Below are positions 1 to 12,646 of a stretch of DNA of 64,000 nt, one piece after another (positions within the stretch are counted from its first letter, which is position 1; every line of letters starts with the position of its first letter). The position numbers and the translations under genes were made by a program. Source of the stretch: Octopus sinensis (lineage: Eukaryota); assembly GCF_006345805.1 (NCBI RefSeq), contig NC_042998.1, positions 8,494,001 to 8,558,000 on the forward strand, read 5' to 3'. Under the pieces are notes generated by a model. The model worked only from the letters and a program-made list of their open reading frames with translations. It made no database searches and had not been told where the DNA came from.

Positions 1-244
1 CTCAGATCTTCATTACTATTTCTCTGTACAGTTGCCACACCAAATCCAAACCGTATGCTTAATGTCTTTATAAACACACGACAGTCTTCATTCGGAAAAT
101 TACGAATTTTCCCAACCAGCTCTGATGTTCTGACATTTCTTTCCCTCTCATTGTCTCTCGTCTTCTCCCAACTGTATTTTACCTTCTTCTGCCTCTACAA
201 AAGTTTATCTATAATCAGTCTGGAGCATTCCATAAATTATTTCT

Positions 245-859
245 TATTTCTTTATTACCCCACAAGGGGCTAAACGTAGAGGGGACAACCAAGGACACAC
301 ACACGGATTAAGACGATTACATCGACCCAGTGCGTAACTGGTACTTAATTTATCGACCCCGAAAGGATGAAAGGCAAAGTCGACCTCGGCGGAATTTGAA
401 CTCAGAACGTAACAGCAGACGAAATACCTATTTCCTTACTACCAACAAGGGGCTAAGCATAAAGGGGATAAACAAGGACAGACAAACGGATTAAGTCGAT
501 TATATCGACCCTAGTGCGTAACTGGTACTTACTTTATCGACCCCGAAAGGATGGAAGGCAAAGTCGACCTCAGCGGAATTTGAACTCAGAACGTAACAGC
601 AGACGAAATACCTATTTCTTTACTACCAACAAGGGGATAAACAAGGACAGACAAATGGATTAAGTCGATTATATCGACCCCAGTGCGTAACTGGCACTTA
701 ATTTATCGACCCCAGTGCGTAACTGGTACTTAATTTATCGACCCCGAAAGGATGGAAGCAAAGTCAACCCCGGCGGAATTTGAACTCAGAACATAACAGC
801 ATACGAAATACCGCTATGCATTTCGCCCCGCGTGCTAACGTTTCTGCCAGCTCGCCGTC
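245..859 (-). mobile_element. tRNA-derived SINE (family A, octopus OK-like) as a head-to-tail trimer of its 3' body
   Basis: Head (rc ggcgagctggcagaaacgttagcacg) at about 859. The 184-bp body repeats with junctions at 428/429 and 612/613. The same family recurs at 10321, 36925, 48065 and 59584. Confidence 0.85.
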
Positions 860-1496
860 TTTTTTTACCAAGTTCAACACAAAACTTTATTGTATAACAA
901 GTTGCCAAGCGTCCGGACTGCATTCTGCAAACTAGTCAGCTGACATGCAGTGTTTAGCATGATTTGTTTCAAGTGTTGTCAAAGCCTTCCCCTTCAATCT
1001 GGAATAACAAAAGCTGGCAGGTCAGTTTATTAGATATATAGTAATAACATACAATAATCTACGGCTATTATACACCATCAATACACCATCAATACTTCGA
1101 ATCCGACTTCAATCCTCACCTAAAAAAAGTCTGAAAACTTGTGGAATGCAACTCGCACTTAATATTCAACTGAAAAAAATGTCATATGCAGGATTCCTGC
1201 GGTAGCAGAACTAATGCGATTCAGAGTATGATTGAGCAGAAACTGTAAATCGGAATTCAAGTTTATGTACGCTTGTATACGTAAAGGACTAGAAACAGGA
1301 AAATTGTCAAAATCAGGAATAAATATATTTAAAACTGCTACACTTTCTATAACGTATCTTTCCATTGATTTATTCTACCATAATTTAAGGTCGCAGAAGA
1401 ATCTGTAGAAGTACATATATATATATTGATACTTATACATTCATGCACACATATGTATGTTTGTCTTGTACGTGTGTGTATGTACGCATTCATGCC

Positions 1497-1549
<53 letters not shown>

Positions 1550-1693
1550 ACACACACATATATATATATATATAAAGCGACGTGCAAGTTCTGCAGTACA
1601 TAGGTCTCCTACTGCTAAGTTACTGAGAACTATCTACAGGAATTTATTTTGCGACTTGGATGGCATTGAACTTGCAATGGCCTGAAACCTGAA

Positions 1694-1695
<2 letters not shown>

Positions 1696-1767
<72 letters not shown>

Positions 1768-1872
1768 CTGTGTGTGTCTGTGCGTGTATATATATATACA
1801 TATATATATATATGCATATATATATGTATGTATATTTATATATACTTATATATATATATATATATACTTATA

Positions 1873-1944
<72 letters not shown>

Positions 1945-2210
1945 TGTGCATGCGTGTGTATGTGTTGTGCGTATATATGCTTGTATGTGCGCTTGGGTAT
2001 GCCTAAATAGTATATATATATATATACAAACGTGTATGTCTGTATGTCTGTATGTATGTGTATCTGTCTGTCTGTCTGTATGTATGTATGTATGTATGTA
2101 TGTATGTCTATATGTATGTATGTATATATGTAGGTATGTATGTATGTATGTATGTATGTAGGTATGTATGTATGTATGTATGTATGTATGTATGTTTGTA
2201 TGTATGTAAG

Positions 2211-2241
<31 letters not shown>

Positions 2242-2254
2242 GTATGTATGCATG

Positions 2255-2285
<31 letters not shown>

Positions 2286-2382
2286 GTATGTATGCATGTA
2301 TGTATGTGTGTATGTATGTATGTATGCATGCATGTATGTATGTATGTATGTATGTATGTATGTATATACGTATGTATGTATG

Positions 2383-2415
<33 letters not shown>

Positions 2416-2498
2416 TTGTATGTATGTATGTATGTATGTATGTATGTATGTATGTATGTATGTGTGTATGTATGTGTGTATGTATGTATGTATGCATG

Positions 2499-2532
<34 letters not shown>

Positions 2533-2556
2533 TGTATGTATGTATGTATGTATGTA
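1696..2556. repeat. Compound microsatellite (TA)n then (TGTA)n
   Basis: Directly visible; it explains the YI/YVCM/HTYI pseudo-ORFs. Confidence 0.97.
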
Positions 2557-3034
2557 GGATTGTGAAAGGCTTTTGTGAACACTTGAAACTAATTTTCTCG
2601 CAATAACATTTACAAATAGATATTTCTCACGGAAAATGTCGACATGTATACGTGTGTATATGTAGGTGGAAGAGAGATGAGTGGAGAGAGAAACATTAAA
2701 AAGAAGGAATGATAGAGAGGAGTGAAAGGAAGATAGATGAAAAAGAAAAAAGGAAAGAAAAAGAAAGAAGGACAGACAGAAAACAATTGTTACAAAAGAA
2801 TTCTACATAAAAAAAGACAAAATATATGCGTTAAATTTTACGAAAAAATGAAATAATTTTCATTATTTGACACAAGGTTGACTGTTGCAAACATTACCAG
2901 AAAATACCATACAGTTTTATCGAAAAACATGTATATTTAACGTATGATTAGATTGAATATTTGTGTCAATTGTACCAAGTGAAGAGGTAGTAATTGTTTT
3001 AGATGTTGGCGTATCGTCAGCAGCTTTGACGAAG

Positions 3035-3168
3035 GGGCACTTTACTTTATCGATTCCGAAAGATTGAAAGGTAAAGTTGACTTCCTCTGGGTTTGAAATC
3101 AGGGAGCAAAAAATACCGCTAAGTATTATATCGGGCATTCTGACGATTGCGCCAGCTCACCGTCTTAA
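3035..3168 (-). mobile_element. Degenerate family A SINE
   Basis: Diverged match to tttatcgaccccgaaaggatgaaaggcaaagtcgacc...gccagctcgccg. Confidence 0.65.
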
Positions 3169-3474
3169 ATAATGAAAAGGGTGACTGAGAATATTAACAT
3201 AATCATCTACTTATATTTACAACGGGTTGAAAGATAGCAAATGTGGTAGGCATGTAATATATTAATTTTAAAGGTTTTGATTAACTTAGATAATCGAAGC
3301 AATTAGTAAAGATCTCATATAAGGTATTTTATATAAAAAATTAACAACTAATGTGTACATATATATATATATTTATTTTATTTTATTTGAGAACATAATC
3401 TTTGTGAAGAATGGCGATTTGACGTCTATATCTAGCATGTTGACTGTCCACTTTTTCGTGTTCAGTCCTTAATT

Positions 3475-3532
<58 letters not shown>

Positions 3533-3535
<3 letters not shown>

Positions 3536-3690
3536 CGGGAAGGTTTACGAAAATAAACAAAAGACAAAGACAGGTGGAGTACAAACAAACAAATGTATTA
3601 GTATGGCGCTCAGGAATAGAAACAGAACAAGTCTTTTACGTTTCGAGCCTACGCTCTTCGACAGATAGATACACAGAAAAAAAACAAGGA
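3533..3690 (-). mobile_element. Penelope-like pLTR fragment (family P1) with a hammerhead-like motif, CUGUCGA core variant
   Basis: The rc reads ctgtcga-a-gagc-gtag-gctc-gaaa-cgta-aaaga. It is an inverted homologue of 4780-4956. Confidence 0.65.
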
Positions 3691-3723
3691 GAGAAACAAT
3701 GTATATGTGTGTGCCTGTGTGTT

Positions 3724-3774
<51 letters not shown>

Positions 3775-3791
3775 GTATATATATATATATA

Positions 3792-3870
<79 letters not shown>

Positions 3871-4740
3871 ATTATTATCATTATTATTATTATTATCATT
3901 ATTATTATTATATATATTATTATATATAAAAATACAAAATGGGACAAGAACGCAAAACATCCAGAGAGTTAGGTGATGCAAAAAAGGGACAACAATACAT
4001 CCATATTGACGATACAAAGAAAACAAGGACGGGTCATTCAGAGTTTTCTTTCCTCAGTCGAGTTCCAGATTATCTTTGCAATTTCGGCTGGTTATACTCG
4101 AGATTGCTCCAATCTGGCCAGCCCCAAGGAAGACCTAAGCTAAGAGCATTAAATTCCTTGGAAGAAAGCAGCGAATGTATACGGAAACAAGGATGAAAAA
4201 AACAGAGAATGTTACACAAATACAAATAACAGGACATAACAACAGGTGTCTTTCCACTAAGGACGAATTAAATTAAAATGGTGTGTGTGGAAGTGTAGCC
4301 TTACGGCAGGGATACAAGATTTCACAGGCACAGGGAGGAATATAGATGTTGCACGGACGGCAGCCGAACCAAGAAAGAAAGGTTGGGCTTGGCCGAACAC
4401 CGGTCACGTGGGGAGAGAAGAGAGAGAGAGGTAGAGGCAGAAGGACAGAAGAAATAGTGAGGGGCGAGAAAAACTGACATGGACACAGTGAAGTGAAAAG
4501 CGGAGGGAAAGTGAGCATGAAGAGAAGGCACGGAAATGTGAGAGAGGGGGAACGAAAGAACGAAGTGTGGGATGGACGAAATAAGCTAGAAAAGGCTGAT
4601 AGAAAGAAGGAAGGAATAAAAGAATAGAAAGAATAGAGACGAACAATATTTAGATAGATATATACTTACTTATAAGAGACCAAAGTGTACGTACGCCGCT
4701 ATATGTTATATATTAAAAAAAAGAATATATATATATATAT

Positions 4741-4956
4741 ACGCCATGTTGATACCGCTAGCTTTTGCACGCATTTTTTTTCTCTCCTTGTTTCTCTCCG
4801 TGTTTCTTTTCTGTGTATCTTTCTGTTGAAGAGCGTAGGCTCGAAACGTAAAAGACTTGTTTTATTTATATTCCTGAGCGCCAAACTAATACAAAAGTTT
4901 TATTTGTTTTCCACCTGCCTTCGTCTTTTATTTATTTTCATAAAGCTTCCCGTTAT
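4741..4956 (+). mobile_element. Penelope-like pLTR fragment (family P1) with a hammerhead-like motif at 4818-4855
   Basis: tcttt-CTGTTGA-A-GAGC(gtag)GCTC-GAAA-CGTA-aaaga: 5-bp stem I, 4-bp stem II, ACGT palindromic stem III. A third, decayed copy lies at 39556-39765. Confidence 0.65.
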
Positions 4957-4959
4957 ATA

Positions 4960-5201
4960 TATATATATATTCTTTTATTTTTTATTCTTTCATTCTTTTA
5001 CTTCCGCAGTCCTTTGACTGTAGTCATGCTACAGCATCACCTTAAAGGCTTTTAGTCGAAGAAATCTACTCCAGTACCTTTTGTTTGTAAGTCTAGTACA
5101 TATTCTATCCGTCTCTTTTGCCGAACCGCTAATTTACGGGGTAGTAAACACACCAAGATATGGTGGGGGACAAACTGACACAAAGGCATACGCAGACAAA
5201 C

Positions 5202-5287
<86 letters not shown>

Positions 5288-6035
5288 TGGTGTGTGTGTG
5301 TGTGTGTGTATATGACGGGCTTCTTTAGGTTCCCGTCCACCAAATCCACTCACAAGGCAAGGCTTCGATCGACCTGAGGCTATAGTAGCTGACACTTATT
5401 CAAGCTTCTTACCACAGAGCCACTCAAGCACCTATATCTAAATATCTACATATATATAGAAACGATAAGAAATGGAGTAATAATTAACAATGAGAAGTGG
5501 ATCATTGGTGTTTTAAAGAGATAATTTAATTAAAATAGGAGTACGTTTACAGGTGTTTCTGTTTATCAAAATGGGGTAAATTTGCATTTACCCCGTAACA
5601 ATTGATAAACATCTTCAGAACGGGAATATGGCAAAGATAAAATAGAAGGAAAAATAGGAAGAAAAATAGAAGGAAAAGAAAGGAAAAATGTTCGTTAATT
5701 CAATAGTCTTACGGATAGAATATGTACTAGACTTACAAACAAAAGGTACAGGAGTAGATTTCTTCGACTAAAAGCCTTTAAGGCGATGCTCTAGCATGAC
5801 TACAGTCAAAGGACTGCGGAAGTAAAAATAAATGAAAGAATAAAAAATAAAAGAATATATATATATATATATACTCTTTTACTTGTTTCAGTCATTTGAC
5901 TGCGGCCATGCTGGAGCACCGCCTTTATATATTTACATATATATACATATGTTTATCTGTGTATGTCTTTGTGTCAGTTTGTCCCCCACCATATTTTGGT
6001 GCGTTTACTACCCCGTAAATTAACGGTTCGGCAAA
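4960..6035. mobile_element. Rearranged family B SINE pieces present as inverted duplications
   Basis: 4960-5073 is the rc of about 5750-5860, and about 5110-5200 is the rc of about 5940-6035. The paired pieces share variants that differ from other family B copies. Confidence 0.65.
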
Positions 6036-6466
6036 AGGATAATAAAAGAGAAGAGAGTTCGTGAAATCCATAGTCTTATATTTAGTTACCTTCATAATTC
6101 TACGCGTCCGTAGGTTCCTACATTCGGTGCTAATGGTGGCTAGTTGACCAGCGGTGTAAGCCGAAAGATTTATAACCATTTGTGATACCCGGTGTTGCTA
6201 TTGGACATATGTAACGCTAATTTGTAGCTTCTGAGTTAGTCCCTGTAATTTCAATGGAAGCCGTAGTATAAGGCTAAGGTTATTATTTAAGGTATGTACG
6301 ATACAGTGTGTACAATGGGCTAAGTAAAGGAATAATAGAAAGGATTGAAGAGTGCATAGAAAAACAATAAGATCGATAGGGAAATTATAGCATGTAAAAT
6401 GAGTCGGTAGTCTAGCTATCAAGAGAAATTATATTATAGGAAAGAGTGCTCTAGCGTATTACGTAA

Positions 6467-6972
6467 ACGGGCGGGCCAACCGATGTCACCACGCAATGAG
6501 ATCAAATGACCAGGGAACATATTCCTCAAAATCCCCATCGCACGTCGAGAAGTGTGGGCTGTTGTCCCATCCTGTTGAAACCAAACATTGTCCATATCGT
6601 GGAGCATATTCACTTTTGGTCTGAGAAAAGTCTCTGATTTAAATCCGTGCGATTTTTTTCTCTGGGGATACCTCAAGTCAAAGGTATACATTAATCGTCC
6701 TCGATCTATTCAACAACTTAAAGATGCAATTCGTCAAGAAATTACTGCCATTCCACATGAAATGACCCGCCGAGTTATTGACAACTTTCGTGAACGCCTT
6801 CGACAGTGTGTGGACAATAATGGATCCCATTTGACTGATTTAATTTTTAAAACATAATGAAACAAAATGGCATTATATGTACTTTTCAAAACTAAAAACA
6901 CTTTTTTGTTTCTTTACTTCATTTGCCTTTTATTTAACCTACAAATGTGTCAGATCATTTTGCCTGACCCTG

Positions 6973-6974
<2 letters not shown>
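6467..6974 (+). mobile_element. Tc1/mariner-superfamily transposase remnant with its 5' part inverted
   Basis: Minus 6467-6630 encodes WFQQDG..AH..GDIGWPAR. Plus 6631-6857 encodes S(P)DLNPCDFFLWGYLKSKVY. The piece ends in a TIR-like gaccctgTA. Confidence 0.85.
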
Positions 6975-7044
<70 letters not shown>

Positions 7045-7584
7045 CATGTATGTATGTATACATATATATGTATATGTATATATATATATATTTATGTGTG
7101 TGTGTTATGTATGTATATATATATGTTTTAATCTTTTCTGCCCATTTTTTCAATGAACTTGTTAAACCTCTTTATATTCTCAACATACTGTTGTCACCAA
7201 AGACTGTATATTTATATGGATTATAGTACTCTGTGTCAACCAATATTCTGTGCATGTTTAAATATACAGATACAGTACCAATATCAATTCCTTCTGGAAA
7301 CTATCTTAAGTATGTCCTTGAGAACGATTATTTATATAATCTTTTTTGCCCAATATTTTAAGGAACTTGTTGAACTTTTTTATGTCCTTAACATGTCCCT
7401 GTTACCAAAGACTGTATATATATATATGTAATGTAGCAATTTGCAACAACCAATAATTAACGCAACCAAACTTCCACATGTTACTTTTGACAATCTTTTT
7501 CCAAAGAGTGAAACCGGTAAAGTAAATAAACATCTTTTAAATTGCATTTTCAAACCTTCTTTCTATATATATATATATATATAT

Positions 7585-7632
<48 letters not shown>

Positions 7633-7634
<2 letters not shown>

Positions 7635-7861
7635 GGAGTAAACACATAAATGTGAAACAAGGTGGAAAAAGAGTACTCAAATACCAGTGGTAGAGTAATA
7701 TGCTTTATTTTAAGCAGCAGAAAATTCAACAAAATCTGTTATTCTGAGTTTCTCGTTGCCATTCATCAGACAGTTTTAGCAAAAACTGTCTGATGAACGG
7801 CAACGAGAACTCAGAGTAATAGATTTTGTTGAATTTTCTGCTGCTTAAAATAAAGTATATA
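7633..7861. mobile_element. Penelope-like fold-back insertion (family P2) with a hammerhead-like motif in each arm
   Basis: Arms about 7698-7777 and 7781-7861, flanked by (TA)n. Arm consensus: ctgt-CTGATGA-A-CG(GCAA)CG-A-GAAA-CTCAGAG-TA-acag. Each arm has one lesion. Confidence 0.7.
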
Positions 7862-7877
7862 TATATATATATATATA

Positions 7878-8684
7878 CTAGCAGCATAGCCCGGCGTTGT
7901 CTGGGTATGTAAGAGCCCCTAGTGGGAAACGACTAATCCCAATCTAGTCCTTTCCTTCTAGGGAACGAAGGCGCATGTGTAGGTTGCAATGTCTTCTCTT
8001 CACTCCCGAATAACTTTCAAACAGCTATCGATAATTCAACCCAACCAATTCCTACCAGGAAGAAATTACATTCGAGACTTTACCCCCAACACCGCCACTT
8101 CTGCTAATAGCTGCTGCAGCCGCAAATTATTCGAATACTTTTTTTGTTTAAACTTTCTTTATAACTACCACCCCAAAAGTTTTACTTTAAATTTTTAACG
8201 TACCCTAAGGGTCCTCGGACGCTACTTGCAAACTCTTGGTTTATTATAAACTGCTTTTGTCATGTGCATCAAAAAACCTTTTCCATTCGTTTGTTCAGTT
8301 TGGTCAGTTTTGACCTTTTCGTTGTTGTCACTCACATTGCTGCCCGCTTTTTTGCCGCTTTTGTACATTTTTATACATTTTGGGATACCTACCCCACGTG
8401 TTCCGAGAGTTAAAAAGGTCGAGTTGCGTCCCCTAGACAGTCTGTAGAAAATGTGTTGCATATAAAAAGCTTAGATTCTCGACCCCATGTCGAATTTATC
8501 AATTTTTTTCAGAACTGGGGGAACTTTTCAAAATTTTCGCTGCGTTAGTTTTGAATTATGACATTGAGCTATGTGTGTGTCAAGTTTCATAAGAATCGGT
8601 TGAAAGCCGTGGTCAGGGTGAGAGTACAATCTGACAGACACACAGACACACAGACAGACAAACTGCCGTTTATATATAGAGAGA
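7878..8684 (-). mobile_element. Non-autonomous Helitron
   Basis: On the minus strand it starts A|TC (8684), has a CTGT-type repeat near the 5' end, a 3' hairpin cccagacaacgccggg, and ends CTAG|T (7878). Confidence 0.8.
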
Positions 8685-9114
8685 TATCACCAATAAGAAC
8701 AGCTAATCGATATATTCGGGGAAATGTAGCGAGACAGCGAATGATGCGAGCAACGAGTATTTTTCGGTCTTATGATATCTCATCTGCGTATACTACTCAG
8801 TCGGTGAGAATAACAGTGGTCAATGAGGTATCTCAAGTCGAGACTCACTATGTCTCATAAATGATGATTGTTGCTAGTGATATTTTCTTTTGCGTTGGTA
8901 TTGTTCTTTCATTCTTTTGTTTTGTCAGTTAAAATTATGGTCTTCAACACTTTTTTTTCTTCCATTGTGAAACTATAAACTGTTTACGTATGAAACTATG
9001 TTTGTTTAATTTTCACAATAAGCCTGTTTTTGCGATTGATATTAGCAATGGGGACGGGTGTTTGTATATTGTTAATGCTATTTGGGACCGTAAATAACAA
9101 AAAATGTTCACACG

Positions 9115-9151
<37 letters not shown>

Positions 9152-9347
9152 AAAAATTGTGAAGCATGACTGTCACCACTACTACATGAACCTGAAGATT
9201 GCAGAATTTAATGCATGAAAGTACTAGTTCAATCAGAATGAACATTTAACATTCTACTATTTTATTTTATTCTATTATTTTATCGTATATTATATCATTA
9301 TAAGATTGCAAATAAAACGTGAAAATCAGACAAGGTTGGAATTCCTT

Positions 9348-9389
<42 letters not shown>

Positions 9390-10320
9390 GCAGTTAAAAC
9401 ATGGGCGTGCAGATTTCTTTGTTTAAAGGACAACAGAGGGGTTGATTTTACACAGGTAAATTCACGAAGACATAGTTCTAATAAAGAGCTTATTATAGCA
9501 GTCAACGGCACAAATCAAAATATGTATCTTAGAAATATCGTTCAGTATTTTTTGCCAACAAACATTTTAGCATACAGCAATGGTAATGCTCAGTATTTAG
9601 CATTACCATTCTGTTTAGTGTCATTTGGCCCACTGTAGTCTTCAGATTTCTGCGGCCATTGAAGGAGCGCGCTTAGCGGAGCGTGCTGTAATAATAATGG
9701 TTGCCAACTTACCATGGTAAGTATATATAGCTAATGATGATGGTGATGGTCTATCTGGCCGATTGTGACTCGATGGTCTCACACGTCATGTAAGCGTTCC
9801 GTTTTTCAACCACGTGGAGTGACAATGAATTATCGATGAACGTAGTTGATAATCACACAGATCTATAAATCCAAAAAGTAATTCTCAAACAGATTATGTG
9901 TGATACAAGTCATTCTATACACATTTCACTCAACCCAAAATCTCTCGTAATTCACTAGTGCCATGCAATGATCTCGAAATCAAGATCCTACTGTTGCGAA
10001 GCCAACGATTTAACCAATTCATCAGTCCTGCTTCTATTGTACATAGTAATTGAAATGGTTAAATCGTTGCCAACAGCTGGCAGTACCTCGTGAAGATATT
10101 CCTTGTAAACAACTTCAACAACACGGACTGCTGTTCCTAGTAAACTTGATGGCTGTGTATACGTTAGAAGCCTTGTATAGATCATCTTTCCTACCTTTAA
10201 AACACCCAAATTAACATATATATTAGCGACAGATAATATACATTTATTCTCACTTAAATATGAACTTTCTGTTTGAATAAACTTTACTGCGGTAGAATAC
10301 CCTGAGAGAAAGTCTCATTT

Positions 10321-10552
10321 AGGCGGCGATCTGGCAGAAGCGTTAGCACGCCCGGGCGAAATGCTTAGCGGTATTTCGTCTGCCGCTACGTTCTGAGTTC
10401 AAATTCCGCCGAGGTCGACTTTGCCTTTCATCCTTTCGGGGTCGATTAAATAAGTACCAGTTGCGCACTGGGATCGATATAATCGTCTTAATCCGTTTGT
10501 CTCTCATTGTTTGTCCCCTCTGTGTGTAGCCTCTTGTGGGCAGTAGAGAAAT
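10321..10552 (+). mobile_element. Family A SINE, full length
   Basis: ggcggcgatctggcagaagcgttagcacg...gtgggcagtagagaaat; similar flanking sequence gagaaa.tctcat.tagg occurs at both ends. Confidence 0.85.
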
Positions 10553-12418
10553 GAGAAACTCTCATATAGGTTTTTGGTGCAAAATGCACACTTGGCCTTG
10601 TTGCTAGCGGGTAGACAAATCCCCATTAAATCCAGCGCCGAGACCGCCAATTCACTTGATCTCCCCGCTAACGTGCATTTTGCATCAAGAGCCTATATGA
10701 GTGTTTCTCTCATGGCCTCTACCGCAATAAAGTGTGTTCTAACAGAACATCCTCGTTTAAGTGGGAACAAATATTACCTCTTAAATTAACCTAGCAATTT
10801 GATGCAACATGTTGATAGCAGTGCTCATCTGAGTCCAAAGTATGCCCTGATCTTCGCCGTTTATATCGTGATTTTACTTCTATAGTAACCTTATCGACTT
10901 CTTCAGTTTATATTATGTCAAAACTGACTTGAATTTATCCAGTTACATTGATACTGAACTGACCTGCGGTGGTGGTGAGCAATTTGATATCTATGAATCA
11001 CGTTCATTTCATTTTCATTTTGATCACTTGAACTACTTTCAGATTTGGAGCCAGGATCTGCAGAAATTCCAGGAGTTTTTGTTTGTTTATTTATTTATTA
11101 CGATATCTTGATCGTCATTCTCATCAAAGATGATCTTGGCGATAAGATGTGTGAGCTACAGATATATCATTTTTATCGTTATCCCTTACTTCTCTACCTG
11201 AAAATTTTGACGTTAAATATATGTATATCAGACCGAGTAAAAAGTAAGCAACATTTTGAAACATGAAATTCATCACAATTTCAACAATTCGGAAATTTTA
11301 TTCATCAAAGTAAGTACCATTACACTCAACACATTTTTGCCAACGAGTTACAAGTTTGTTTATTCCGGTGACATAAAAATCTAGAATTCTAGAGTGGATG
11401 AACTCTCTGAATGTACTTTCAGCATCCGTTTGATTTTTGAACTCCTCTCACAGGAAACCATCAAGGTGCTTGAAAAAGTGATAATCAGCAGGAGAAAGGT
11501 CTGGGGAATAAGCTGGGTGGGGAAGAACTTCATAGCCAAGTTCCCTCAACTTCTGGAGTGTCATTAGTGAAACATGTGGTCGAGCATTGTCATGAACGAT
11601 GATTGGCCCTCTTCTGTTGACCAGTCTGGGATGGTGGAGTAGCTGTTTTTCATTCATTTTGGCAATTTCATGGCAATATGTTTCTACAGTAATGGTTTTT
11701 CCAGGTTTTAAGAAGTTATAGCGGATGATTCCAGCAGTACACCACAAAACAGTCACTATAACCTTCTTTTTGAAGAGCTCGGGTTTAGGGAAGGTTTTCA
11801 GTGCTTCATTTTGGTCCAACCACTGCAAACAACGCTTTTTCTTGTTGTACAGAATCCGCTTTTCATCACAAATTACAATGGAGAAAAAGCGACAAACAAA
11901 TTTCATATCTGCGCATTTTCTGATTTTCATTCAGACTGTGTGCTACACATTTGTTGAGATTCTTTGATTTTCCGATCGTATGCAAATGGTTGCAGACAGT
12001 TTCTGGCTAAATTGAAGTTCTTTTGCCAGTTCTCGATTGGTTTTACGTGGATCTTTCTCAATGCGGGCTTTCAAGCTGACCACTCACTGGCCATTTCCTC
12101 ACCAAACGTTTCGTTGATATCACGAGCTGTTTCAGCTGCTTTACGTCCTTGTTTGACGTTGAATAGGAAAATTGCTTGAATATCGCGCTTTGACAGTTCC
12201 ACTTCAGATAATTGTAACAACGGCGTAAAAAATATCAATGTTAATTTATTGATGCATTTGGGCAAGACTATGTCTGACAATTGCAAAAAAATAAAATTTA
12301 AAAGCAATTCAAAACCCTGCAACAATCCGGTACAAATTCTTCATGGTTATATATTTAAGAGATGAGGAATTATGAACATTATTTACATTTGACAGGTATT
12401 TGTCCTCATCTTGTTGTT

Positions 12419-12464
12419 AATACAACGTTTCGGCTGATATACCCTCCAGCCTTCATCAGGTGTT
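12419..12464 (-). ncRNA. Minimal type I hammerhead ribozyme (P3, left arm)
   Basis: The rc reads AACAC-CTGATGA-A-GGCTG..CAGCC-GAAA-CGTT-GTATT, with one stem I mismatch. Confidence 0.65.
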
Positions 12465-12600
12465 TTGGGGAAATTTCGGACCTGGGTTTTCATTCCTAAG
12501 GTATTTTTCGATGTTAATATTTATTATTATTACTATTCAGGTCACTGCTTGAATAGTAATAATAATAATAATGGGAACCCGGGTTCGAAATTTCCCCCAA

Positions 12601-12646
12601 GACACCTGATGAAGGCTGGAGAGTATATCAGCTGAAACGTTGTGTT
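12601..12646 (+). ncRNA. Minimal type I hammerhead ribozyme (P3, right arm)
   Basis: GACAC-CTGATGA-A-GGCTG(10 nt)CAGCT-GAAA-CGTT-GTGTT: 5-bp stem I, ACGT palindromic stem III, GUU triplet. Confidence 0.75.

Noticed and set aside
1159-1690. Protein-like fragments, including ATCKFCS (BED-finger-like)
   Set aside because: Stops in frame and no supporting transposase motifs; cannot be assigned.
1347-2606. Many long ORFs (YI, YVCM, HTYI repeats), likewise at 33.0-33.7, 34.0-34.6, 35.3-36.5 and 38.6-39.0 kb
   Set aside because: They are translations of micro/minisatellites, not genes.
4060-4135. Minus-strand GGCTGG..CCAGCC-GAAA hairpin resembling hammerhead stem II
   Set aside because: No CUGANGA-type core upstream and no NUH in register; the related copy at about 33220 also lacks it.
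10003-10078. 14-bp inverted repeat enclosing rc-CTGATGA and GAAA
   Set aside because: The two core motifs lie on opposite strands, so they cannot form a hammerhead.
9988-10209. 73-aa minus ORF (LLGTAVRVVEVVYKEYLHE)
   Set aside because: No recognisable family and no partner exons found.
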